Positions 23,831 to 36,300 of a DNA stretch of 64,000 bases are shown piece after piece. Position 1 is the first letter of the stretch. Each line of letters opens with the position of its first letter. The notes under the pieces were generated by a model. It searched no databases. It was given only the letters and a program-made list of their open reading frames with translations, and had not been told where the DNA came from. The stretch lies in the NCBI GenBank assembly GCA_051313645.2, contig JBNRSN020000014.1, positions 142,600,001-142,664,000 of the forward strand, read 5' to 3'. The position numbers and the translations under genes were made by a program. Origin of the DNA: Centroscyllium fabricii. Taxonomy: Eukaryota.

Positions 23831-25259
23831 AAATTCCATCTGGGTAGCAGCAAGTCTACACATTAAATCTCAGATGTGTGGGACTGGGAGTAAGATAGAC
23901 ATTCATTGTTGATCTTTGACCAGAATTTTTTTTTAAAATTTTTTAAGTGGAATTTTAAAAAAAATACAATCTTTTCGTCCCTTAGTTAACCGAGCGTTAA
24001 AGAAAAACCGGGGTCAAATTTAACCGCTGCAGTGTTTGCAATTATTGGTATGATTTATTTACTGATCATTTTATTTGCTCCCACTGTTTAATAAAGAGCA
24101 AGACCTGGCTAATTTGGAATTTCAGAAATAAACACTTGCAAACGCCAGCTGGCACGAGCTGGGAGCGCAGGCCCAGGTGGGTAGCCCAGGCTAATGTGGA
24201 AATGCCAGCAAGCCCGGGCTGGGAGCCCAGACTAATGTGGTCTTCGCCGTTTTCCGTCAGGGCGGAGTGGAACTGAACTCTGGCAAGAATTGGGTATTGT
24301 TCAAATAGCAGAATTGATGTCTGTTCCTCGGAAGTGCTCATGCAATGCACTAGTGCTTGTACCATAGGCAATATCCTGAGTGCATTTTCACCTGTCTAAT
24401 AGGCTCATACAGCATAGGAGGCGGCCATTTGGCCATTGTGCCTGTGGCAGCTCTTTGAGAGAGCTATCCAATTAGTCTCACTCCCCCGCTCTTTCCCCAT
24501 AACCTTGCAAATAAGTATAAATCAAATTCCCTTTTGAAAGTTACTATTGAATCTATTTCCACCCCCCTTTCAGATCATAACTCGCTGCGTTTAAAAAAAT
24601 ATATAATCCTCACCTCCCCTCTGGTTCTTTGTCTCCTTGAAAGTAGTTCCTTTCTGCTTTCCCCACCCCATGGTGACCTCTGCAGAGCAGAAGCTTTTAA
24701 CAGCAGATTTTTAAAAGTTATTTAAGATAACCTGAAATGTCCAACTTTACAATTGGGAGGGGGAGGGCAACTGCACAAGAGTAAAAACTGCAAATCTGTG
24801 CACCAACAGCTTACAAAGTGCCAAGGGCGTTCAGTGCAAATGACAGTATCAGTTCTACAAGGTCACTTGTGTAAACTGGAAGGAAACAATACCTCTTGGC
24901 ATCTGGACTCCACCTGCTGTTGATTTTAATAGAATGCTTCCATTTAAACATTTCTGAAGTAAAAAATCCTTTGCCACATATTAGTCAGTTCAGTCTCTTT
25001 TGTGTCTGTTCTTTTGCAGACGGTTCCTCTCTGACAACAGTTACTGAGCAATATTAACATTCTCGGGAACGGCTCCTCAGTTCATCTCCTTTAGTACTTT
25101 AGTCTCGGTTTAACGTCACAGGGCATATCCTTCTCAGACCATATATCCTATTGTTAATGATCTGGTATCATATTAGTCAAGTGGTTATTTATGTACCTTA
25201 AATTAGTTACCAAATAGTGATTTACCCCAATAGAAAACTGATGAGAGAACACAGATGTA

Positions 25260-25839
25260 CTCTTTCTGATGGGGTGATTAAACAAATGGACTGTAACTAA
25301 AATAACTTTAAATAAACTTAACAAATTAAATTAAAATTTAGTTGGCCGGGGTGATGATGCACTCCAGTCCCCACGGCGCCCACTGGTCGCAGAAGGACTT
25401 AAGCGTGCCGGCGGACACCGCGTGTTTCAACTCCAGGGCTTCCCGGGCGCAAATGTGACCGTGGAAGAGAGGCAGGCAGTCAGGCCGAACTAACCCCTCG
25501 ACCACCCGCTGCCTGGACTAGTTAGTGGCAACTTTGGCCAGGCCCAGGAGCTGTCCAATGAGGAGGTCCTCCGATCTGCCCGCTCCCCTCCACACCGGGT
25601 GACCGAAGATCAGGAGCGTGGGACTGCAGTGCAGCCAAAAAAATCGAGGAGCAGCTCCTTCAAATAATGGAAGAGAGGCTGCAACCTCTCACCTTCCATA
25701 TATACATGAAAAACAGACTCCTCCAGGCCACAGAAAAGGCAGGCGGCCTGGGAGTCTGTGAACTTGTTTAAAACTTTATTGCACGGGACTGCTCTGCACA
25801 ACACCCTCCAGGCCAAGTCCCCAATAGATAAAGGGTACG
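25260..25839 (-). mobile_element. Tx1-like LINE 3' fragment flanked by ~215-bp direct repeats
   Basis: WRVLCRAVPCNKVL..CLFCGLEESVFHVYME..RLQPLF (zinc-knuckle region). Direct repeats at 25046-25259 and 25840-26055. Confidence 0.75.
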
Positions 25840-26410
25840 GAGCAATATTAACATTCTCGGGAACGGCTCCTCAGTTCATCTCCTTTAGTACTTTAGCCTC
25901 GGTTTAACGTCGCAGGGCATATCCTGCTCAGACCATATATCCTATTCTTAATGATCTGGTATCAAATTAGTCAAGTGGTTATTTATTTACCTTAAATTAG
26001 TTACCAAATAGTGATTTACCCCAATAGAAAGCAGTGATGAGAGAACACAGGTGTAACCAGCAGACTTTGAACAGTAAACTCCCTCCTCCACTCCCCTTCC
26101 ATCAAAATATTAATGAGTAATCAAGTGATTACAATCAATCACATCAGATGAAATGGGAAACTGCCAGGTGAAAATTATATACTTTAATTTTTTTTTAATC
26201 TGTAAATCGCAAGGACCATCTCAGATCTTGGTAAATCCACTCCAAACCCTAGATGTTGGGCATTAATTCCCCCCACCCCCAATTATGTAGTAATAAAAGT
26301 CCAAGTCCTTATTGCACTGCTCACACCCTGCTAATAGCTGTACAATACAACAAGCATGTCTCTGCACAACAGGCTCGCTCTACCCATTTAGAGTTCTCTG
26401 TGCAAGATCC

Positions 26411-26643
26411 TTGTGGGCATGACCCCTGCCTTGTGGGCATGAGGGCTTGTGACTTTTACCCCTGCCTTGTGGGCATATGGACTTGTGACTTTGACCCCTG
26501 CCTCGTAGGCAGGAGGGCTTGAAACTTTGACCCCTACCTTGTGGACATTGGGGCTTGGGAGTTTGCCGCGGCTCAAGCGCGGTAATGTGGGGTTTTATTT
26601 TGTTTTGTAAATAATGGTGTTTTTCTATTTGGTTTTAAATAAA
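26411..26643 (+). mobile_element. Short retroposed insert with ~37-bp tandem units
   Basis: 21-bp TSD AGAGTTCTCTGTGCAAGATCC (26390-26410 and 26644-26664); AATAAA at the 3' end. Confidence 0.68.
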
Positions 26644-27118
26644 AGAGTTCTCTGTGCAAGATCCCTGTTAATTGGAAGTACATTAGCTGGAGAGAGTGGC
26701 TTTCCTTCTGCAACTCTTCCAGGTGAAATCACCTGCCCTGCTCGCAGCAGTGCTTGGTCGTAATGGCACTTGACAAACCATGTGACGTCACACGAATCCA
26801 AATGGAACTGGATAGGTTGGGAGTGAGGGGCAGGGATAGGGTCCCCCTGCAGCTGTGAGCGTTTTGAAGTTCTGGAGTACGATCACTATCAGAATAGATC
26901 CAGACCTCGTAAAGACGAGAAGTCACACAGCATCAGCAGCTTGGATTCCTTTCCCAAATTAAAATTAAATGTAATGAGCACAGTCCCTGTGCTTTGTTGT
27001 GTTTTGATCCTGGATCTCTAGCTGTTATACTGTGCAGTTACGGAAGTTGTATGGATAGATGGTTCCCAGTTTTTCCACCAATGGCTGTGCATTCCTGAGC
27101 TTAGTTCTTGTTGATTTT

Positions 27119-27302
27119 CTATTTTTGTTTTGGTGCGGCCATTAGTGCTATAATTTCCTTGTAGTCCTTCACAAACTCTCTCAGCGGGTTCATGTACAGG
27201 TTCACATTCTCTTCCATCCATTCCTCCACGGTGTCGGGGAAGTAAATCTTTTCCATCTGCGTGCGGAAGTTTCCCAAGTACTCTTCCCACTGCTTATGAA
27301 CT
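27119..27302 (-). CDS. HEXD: HEXD-like last coding exon: [60 protein letters not shown]
   Basis: Acceptor ttacag; PDxVEEWxEEN motif; TAG at 27119-27121. Confidence 0.92.
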
Positions 27303-30300
27303 CTGTAAAATGTGTTTAGTTACATTTACCATGTCGCATAATAAATACTGCTCTATAAGTACAAGCAGACCCTGCACCAATACAGACTGCTCTATAAGCA
27401 CAAGCAGACCCTGCACCAATACAGACTGCTCTATAAGCACAAGCAGACCCTGCACCAATACAGACTGCTCTATAAGCACAAGCAGACCCTGCACCAATAC
27501 AGACTGCTCTATAAGCACAAGCAGACCCTGCACCAATACAGACTGCTCCAACAGAGTGCTGTCAGATTTCAATAATAAGCCCTGAGCTAACACAGACTGC
27601 ACTAGCACACCTGTACTGATGAACCCTCAACGAACGTCAACTGCACTGACACATAATGAGCCAATAACCCTGCGCCATCATGCACTTCAATGACGCATAA
27701 TCGACTACACTGACAAACCCTGAGCTAACCTAGACTGCACTAGCAGACCCAGCACTGAAGAAACTGAGCTAATACAGACTACTAGCAGACCTTGACAAGA
27801 TACAAACTGAGCTAATACCTCCTGCACTAGCAGACATAGAAACATAGAAGATAGGAGCAGGAGTAGGCCATTCGGCCCTTCGAGCCTGCTCCGCCATTCA
27901 ATGAGATCATGGCTGATCATCCAAACCCAGTACCCTGTCCCTGCCTTGTCCCCATATCGCTCGATCCCTATCGAACCTGCACCGACACATATCCCACCCG
28001 ATCCCCGTAACCCCACATATTTAATTCCCCTAACACTAAGGGCTAATTTATCATGGCCAATCAACCTAACCCGCACATCTTTGGACTGTGGGAGGAAACC
28101 GGAGCACCCGGAGGAAACCCACGCAGACACGGGGAGAATATGCAAACTCCACACAGATAGTACCCGCGGCTGGATTTGAACCCGGGTCTCTAGTGCTGTA
28201 AGGCAACAGTGCTAACCACTATGCCACCGTGCCGCCCCAGACACTAGGACACTTGCACTAATACAGGTGTACAACCCCTTATCCGCAATTCCGAAAATCA
28301 AAAAGCTCTGAAAACTGAAAGTTTTTTTCTGGAGCGGACAACGCTTGACCCACACAGGTGTGAGTAGTCATTTGTGTCTCAGTGCTGCTACCAGTCACAC
28401 GTGCTTCTGCTGCTCTCTGATATTTTTTGTGATTTTGAGTTTAATTTCACTGTGAAAATAGCAAAATTCCGAAATCAGAAACACATCTGGTCCCAAGGGT
28501 TTCGAATAAGGGGTTGTGCACCTGTCGAGATTGCACTGGCACAGACTACTCTGTCACGACCTGTGCTGACACAGACTGCTCAAGAACACTTTGCATCAAA
28601 TCAGACTGTGCTGCTGGTACATCTGCTACTGCTATTTCTCTGAATATTGATGAACATTTTACTCTGCTTATTAAGAGCATGTCCTTTGTATAAAACCGAT
28701 AAATGCACTGCTCCTACTCGAATACCACCAATTGTGCCTCATTCCAGACCTCTTTGGGTGATAAGGACAAAGGATCCCTCACTGACCACAGACAGAGATG
28801 GTAAAGCTTTTATACAAAGCCAAATCAGAGGTGATTGTCCATCAAATATGGGATTCAAGACAGGTCTCAAACAAGTGGCAGAGATTGTGGGCCAACTCTG
28901 GTTTGCACATCAACAGGACTGAGAAAATGAAGATCATTTTTATTGTGAGAATAATTAATAGGGAATAATTAATAGACAAAAGAAGTTAAAATAAAAAAAT
29001 AACATTTTGATTCTTATTTGGTGTTCTGCTCCGCCATTCAATTAAATTGACCGGTAAGCCTGACATTGGTAGTGGGGAAAATGCTCGAGTCCATTATAAA
29101 AGATGTAACAGCAGAGCACTTGGAAAGCAGTGACAAGATCGGACAAAGTCAACATGGATTTACAAAAGGTAAATCGTGCTTGACTAATCTACTGGAGTTT
29201 TTTGAGGATGTAATCGATAGAATAGATAAGGGAGAACTAGTGGATGTGGTGTATTTGGACTTTCAGAAGGCTTTCGATAAGGTCCCGCATAAGAGATTAG
29301 CGTGCAAAGTTGAGGCATATGGGATTGGGGGCAAGGTATTGACTTGGATAGAGAACTGGTTGGCAGACAGGAAGCAAAGAGTTGAAATAAAGAGGTCTTT
29401 TTCCAAGTGGCAGGCAGTGACTAGTGGGGTACCGCAGGGATCGGTCCTAGGACCCCAGCTGTTCACAATATATATTAATGATCTGGACGAGGGAACTAGA
29501 TGTATTATCTCCAAATTTGCAGATGACACAAAGCTGGGTGGGAGGGTATGCGGTGAGGAGGATGTCGTGAAACTTCAGTATGATTTGGACAGGTTGGGCA
29601 GAAACATGGCAAATGTACTATAATGTGGATAAATGTGAGGTTATCTACTTTGGTGGCAAAAACAGGAAAGCAGATTATTATTTGAATGGCAATAGATTTG
29701 GAGAAGGGGGAAGTGCCAAGAGACCTGGGTGTTCTTGTGCACCAGTCACTGAAGGTAAGCATACAGGTGCAGCAGGTGGTTAAGAAGGCAAATGGTATGT
29801 TGGCCTTCGTAGCGAGAGGATTCGAGTACAGGAATAAGGATGTCCTGCTGCAGCTGTACAGGACCTTGGTGAGACCACATCTTGAGTATTGTGTGCAGTT
29901 TTGGTTCCCTTATCTGAGGAAGGATGTTCTTGCCATGGAAGGAGTGCAGCAAAGATTCACCAAGCTGATACCTGGGATGGCAGGAATGACTTAGGAGAGA
30001 TTGTGTCGATTGGGCTTGTACTCACTGGAGTTTAGAAGATTGAGAGGGGATCTCATCGAAACCTATAAAATTCTGTCAGGCCTGGACAGACTAGATGCGG
30101 GAAGGTTGTTCCCGATGGTCGGGGAGTCCAGAAGCAGGGGTCACAGTCTAAGGATAAGGGGTAGGCCATTTAGGACTGAGATGAGGAATTTCTTCACCCA
30201 GAGAGTGGTGAACCTGTGGAATTCTCTACCACAGAGGGCGGTGGAGGCCAATTCATTCAATATATTCAAGAAGGAGTTGGATATATTCCCTAAGGCTAAA

Positions 30301-33300
30301 GGGATATGAGGAGAAGGCAGGGACAGGGTACTGAGTTTGGATGATCAGCCATGATCCCATTGAATGGCGGAGCAGGCTCGAGGGGCCGAATGGCCGACTC
30401 CTGCTCCGATCTTCTTTGTTTCTATGATTGATCGGCACCTCAACTCCATTTTCCTGCCTTTGCTCCATATCCATTGATCCCCTAACCTAACAAAAATCAA
30501 TCGATTTCAGTCTTGAAAGCTCCAGTTGACTCCCAGCATCACAGCCTTTTGCGAGAGAGAGAGTTCCAAATTTCCACGACCCTGTGTGTGAAAAAGTGCT
30601 TCCTGATTTCGCTCCTATCTGGCCTTGCTTTAATTCTAAGATTATGTCCCATCGTTCTTGATTTCCCCACCAGAGGAAATAGTTTCTCTGTATGTACCCT
30701 ATCAAATATTTAACATTTTAAACACCTCTAATTCGATAGCAATAAATCTACTCGCAGTGATAGAGTAGCTTTATTACTGTATTAATGTGTGTTTCAGTGT
30801 CGCAGTGCATGAGCACTGAATTCAAATTTATTACATGAAGGGGGAGACGTCTGTCAGTGTCCTGCAGTCAACAGCAGTCAAAGGGTTCAGGTTGCGTTGC
30901 CAACACTGGTTGGATAGATTTCTGGAGGTGTCATCGCAGGACCTTCTGCCTCCAGCTTCCCCACCCCCACACTCCTGCCATTGGTCGTGCAACACGTCCA
31001 TACTCGCCTTGCCTTCCCACGTCAATTGGAAAGCGAATATACCCGATTGGATGATTCTTCATCGTCAGTCAAACAGCCTTCCCCCCCCCCCCCCCCAATG
31101 TCTGATCTCTCTATAACTAATGAGCAAAAGTGTTCAAAGAATTCTTTTTTGAAAAAACATTTTTTTATTGCCTGTATAATTTTCCTCCTGTGTGGCTCAC
31201 AGCAGTTTCCTGGAGATTAGTCTTTAATTCCTGAAGACTCCAGGACAATCTTGGAGGGTTTTCAACCCTAGATTCAGGGCAACTACCAATACAGGTCCAG
31301 CACCGTTAATCCGGACACCGTTAATCCGGAAACTTCAGTCGTCCGGAACGAATCTGCCTGACTGGTCTGCGCATGCGCAAAATGGCCACCGCGCTTGGCT
31401 GCGCATGCCCGGGCCTCTGCCCGACTGGTCTGCGCATGCGCAAAATGGCCGCCACGCTTGGCTGCGCATGCCCGGGCCTCTCCCTGAACGATTGATGTTT
31501 CGGCGAGCGCATGCACAGACCATTCAAAATGGCCGCCGGCATGCGCCGGATTAACGTTGGTCCTGTACAAGTTAAACAGGTTGTTGTGAACTCACCTGAG
31601 TACATCAGTGCCAAAATGCTCCATGTTCCGAGGATTTCCAAACCGGTGTTTCCTGTTGTAATGATTGAACCACCCTTTGATCTCACTGTTTAAACAGAGC
31701 ACAAATTCAAATAAAATACATTGAATCAGCTGTTCATGGAAAACTCTTAAACCCGAAAAAATACTGCGATACCGTACAAGTGCTCAATATCAGAATTGAT
31801 TTTCTCGATGGCGCTGCCTCCGAATCACCACACTGTCCTCACTGTGGCACATTCCAATGAGTCCTCCACCAGATTTTGGCAGCAGTTCACCACTGGAGGA
31901 TCAGGGCGCCCATGGGTCTAACGAGTGGTGCTCAGGGTTAAATGCGCCGTTCCAGCAAATTCTGGGTCATGTATCTCTGTTACACAGTGGATTGGGGGCT
32001 GCAACTGTGGAAAGGATAGCGGTAATAGATCAAGAGGCAGCTAAATAATGAGGTGGAGGGGTGGATCATCAGACACCTGTACAGGTGTTACAATCCATCT
32101 GTACTGAGGCTGCAGAGTATGGACTGAACTAATCAACCTTCAGAGAGGTGAAGATATAGATAGAGACATGGCGATAAAGGGAGGCAGATAGAGCGATACA
32201 AACGGCTTTATAGGGGGATGAAAAACCATGAGCAAAGAGGGGCTAGTGTGTGGACAAACTCCATTTTGCTGGTTCCGGCCCGACTAACTAATTCCCTGGC
32301 CAAGCTGAAACGATGAAACATTCTGATCATTGAGTAGTAAGCATCAAACCTTTTAATCAATACGAGAGCTCATTGCACTGGGAGCATTCAGCACAGGCAA
32401 GGGAGATTATAAGGATTTATTTCACTCAAAGGAGTTATTTAAAATTATGAAGGGACAGGACAGAGTAAATGGAAACCAATGGTTTCCAGTGATTGAAGGG
32501 TCTAGAATTAAGGGAACATAGATACAAGATTAAATGTAAGAAGCTGTAGGACAAAGAGCAGGAGAGTTATTTCAAAAAATACAAACAAACAGAGGGTTGT
32601 GAGGCAGTCAGTGATTGAAGCAGAGACTGTGTCACCATTTAAGAATAGGTTAGATAGGTGGTTCAAGGAAAGGGGAATAAAGGGATGTGGGAACAAAGTG
32701 GACACATGGGATCAGAACTGCTGCTCGTGTGGAGAATAAATACCAACACGGGCTGGTTGGGCTGAACAGCCCATTTCTGTGCTGTACTTTCTACGGAATA
32801 GATTACCACAAGAGTCTATTGAAGCAGAGTTAATCACAACGTTTGAAAGAGAATTAGATGAGGATTTGAAGTAAAATACTTGATGCACAATCAGTCAAAG
32901 GTTCGATGCAACCGAGGCTTTTATTGACTTAGAACGGTTGCTACAGGTCTAGGCGATCTTCAGAGTCAAAGTGAAAGCACAAGGGTGTGCAAGCACATTT
33001 ATACCCAGGTTGTGGGCGGAGCCTGGAGAGGAAGCTAAGAAGCGGAGTCCTCCCAGACAAGTCCTCCCAGTCAAGACAAGGAGTCACAACTATACATACA
33101 GACACAGTAATTACAAGGAGGGGACACAAGGGGGAGACACTATACAATATATACAATATGGTGGTTTACCACAATACTAAAGAACAAGGAAATGGGATTG
33201 AGGAGAGCTAGCACAATTGCACAGTCACAACAGGCCAAACGGTCTCCTCCTGTACTGACATTTCTATGAACCTGTACGCCTCACCTGTTACTTTCCAGAA

Positions 33301-36300
33301 CCCGCGTTACATCAGATTTCAGATTTTGATAAATCCAATGAACCATTTGATAAATCTCAGCCCCTGCAAATGTGCCGGCTCCTTCACTGTGGAGAATGAT
33401 GAGCAGACACAAGAATTAGCAACAACCGAGCAGTTCAGAGTGTTTCAACAGCGTTCTACAAACAATAAAAGGGCACACGCACCGTTTGGTAACACAGGGC
33501 GCAACAAAACCGCTTGCCTGGGGCAAGCAAAATGCGCCATCAGGCAAGCAAAAGAAAATCGCACTTGCCCGACCGGGCAAGTGCGATGTGCGGACATGAC
33601 CAGAGTTGCCGGGTCTGGCAATAGCGCTGAGGGTGCAGGGCGCGACAAAACCGCTTGCCCGATTCCCCGGGGCAAGCAAAATGCGCTGTCGGGTAGCAGA
33701 AGAAAATCTCACTTGCCCGACCGGGCAAGCAATGTGCGGACATGACCCGAGTTGCCGGGTCCGGCAATAGCGTCGAGGGTGTGTGCACGCAGCCAGGCGG
33801 CGAGCGCCGATGGAGAGGCTACAGGGCGCGACAAAACCACGAGGCCACGGGAACAGGTGGTTGGATCCCGCCCTGGAGGCGGCTGCGGATGAGCAGGGCG
33901 CGCTTCGGCCGATGGGTTCTGAACTCTGCCCCGCCCGAGCTCGGCCAATCACAGCCCAGCAGTTTTCTCGCGCTCCGGCGGTTTTGAAGCGCTGCACCCT
34001 GCCCGTGCTCGGCCAATCATAGCTTGCTCCGGCTGCCCGTCCGCCACAGCAGCTCGAACCGAGCAGGAAAGAGAGGGCGATAGTAAAATACTGCAGGTGC
34101 TGGAAATCCAAAATAACAACAGAAAATGCTGGAAAAACTCAGCAGGCCAAGCAGCATCGATGGAGAGAAATATAGAGTCGATAGAAAAATATAAAAGCCC
34201 CGCTTCGTCCTGCCCCCAACCACCACCTCATTAAAAGGAGAAAACCACAAAGGCTGCAAAAAAGAACTGAGAAAAAGATGAACAGATGGTGAGTGAAGGA
34301 AATAACAACAAAAAAGGCTGGAGAAAGTCAGCAGGCCAGGCAGCATCGGTGGAGAGAGAAGCAGAGTTGACGTTTCAGCTCGATGACCTTTTAAAAAAAA
34401 AATCGACTTGGTGAATGAAGGGACTGGGATGAGGTGACAGCGAACTTCCTCTCGGACACGGACACCCAGAGACCGAATCCTGGGACACTGACACCCAGAG
34501 ACAGTGACCAGGGCGCGACAAAACTGCTTGCCCGCTCGATGATCGAGGCCACGGGAATGGGTGGGTGGATCCCGCCCTGGAGGCGGGTGCGGATTGGCAG
34601 GCGGGGCCGGGTGGCGCGTCGGCGATTGGAGGAGACGGCGTGTCAATCAGGGGACGGGGCAGCAGTCGGATTAGGTGGAGTGGGCTGGTGGCGCGCAGCA
34701 AGAGTGGGTCGGTGCCGTCGACCCGCTGAGGGGGGAGAGAAAAAACCGGAGCGGCTGCTGGACGAAGGTAGGCGGGGAGAGAGAGAGAGTGAGGGGGCCT
34801 GCGGAGGCTTCACAGAAAGTTTGGTAAATGAGGGAAGAATGTTCAGAGTAGAGAGAGAGACCCTGGCAGAGAGGGGCAGAAACCGGGCCAGTGCAACTAA
34901 AGGCACAATCACAATCTATGGCTTTATATTGAAGCATTTTAATAAAAATGTAAAATCTTTATTTATTTCTTTAAACATTTCAGGCAAGTGAAATTTGTGT
35001 TTGGGCAAGTGTTTTAGAAATCCACTTGCCCAATAGGGCAAGTGAAAAAAATTTTTTTTGTAGCACCCTGGGGTGTGCGAGCGCCGATGGAGAGGCTGCC
35101 CGAGATTCCCCGCCGCGGGTCAGTTGCTCATTCAGCCAGGCGCTGCTGTCGAATGGCGGGCCCCGGTTGCACCTCCCCAAGCGGACAGTGGATGAGGTGA
35201 GCCGCCTTTTGCTTCTCTCTCAGCGCATCTGTACCATGTGTTAATGGCATTAAATACTGTGCAAATTGCAGTCGTTCATTTCTGATTGCTGGTGCTTATG
35301 ATTGTATAAAATGTGTGTTTTATCATTTCTTGGGGGGCAAGGTTTTCAGAGTGCCTGTCTGTGGTGGGAATTCATCTCGGACAGCAACGTCTGTGTATAT
35401 TCGTACCAGGATAATTGGCTTATAAGAGAGGAATCCCTGAGGTCTGTGCATTGGTGTTAACGTGTTTAGCTTGCTATAAGAGTTGGACAATGTATCATCT
35501 TTTAGAATCAATGAGAGAACAGGAAGGACAGGATTTTGTCAATCTCTGCAGCAGTTACTGGTAACTGAGCTGTGATCAGATTCTAGTTCAGAACAGGAGA
35601 TTGTTAACTGACAGAAATGGGGGCTCAACTAATGTCAGGACTCCGAGATGGCCGTCACCTGTACAGGCGCAGCTTTCTTTGTCGTCATGTCTGTGGTTAA
35701 TAAGGTGATTATTGACACTAAGAGCACCCTCACTAATGGAGGACTGAGAGCTGTGGACGGTGGGGCTGGGCGGCGCGGCGGGGATTGGAGGAGACGGTGT
35801 GTCAATCAGGGGACGGGGCAGCAGTCGGGTTAGGTGGAGCGGGCCGGTGGCGCGCGGCAAGAGTGGGTCGGTGCCGTCGACCCGCTGAGGGGGGAGAGAA
35901 AAAACCGGAGCAGCTTCTGAGAAGAAAAAACCCCAACAATTTAAAGCAAGGGAGTTGACTTCAGGGCACAGAAACACAGAAGATAGGAGCAGGAGTAGGC
36001 CATTCGGCCCTTCAAGCCTGCTCCGCCATTCAATGAGATCATGGCTAATCATCCAAACCCAGCACCCTGTCCCTGCCTTGTCCCCATATCCCTCGATCCC
36101 TATCGAATCTGCACCGACACATATCCCACCCTATCCCCGTAACCCCACATATTCAATCCCCCTAACACTAAGGGTCAATTTATCCTGGCCAATCAACCTA
36201 ACCCGCACATCTTTGGACTGTGGGAGGAAACCGGAGCACCCGGAGGAAACCCACGCAGACACGGGGAGAATGTGCAAACTCCACACAGATAGTCACCCGA

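Noticed and set aside
25235-25270. U2 snRNA-like target next to the Tx1 fragment
   Set aside because: Only a loose resemblance to the U2 reverse complement, with no recognisable U2 5' sequence.
27705-28179. Recurrent ORFs such as [26 protein letters not shown]
   Set aside because: These are chance translations of the non-coding V-SINE core, repeated at every SINE copy.
31772-32004. Possible extra minus-strand exon (acceptor-like ctttccacag)
   Set aside because: There are stops in all three frames, and the flanking HEXD exons already join in phase.
33266-34991. Long GC-rich ORFs (159-231 aa) as a transposase or novel protein
   Set aside because: No DDE, BED or hAT dimerisation motifs; the open frames are explained by high GC content and repeated subterminal sequence.
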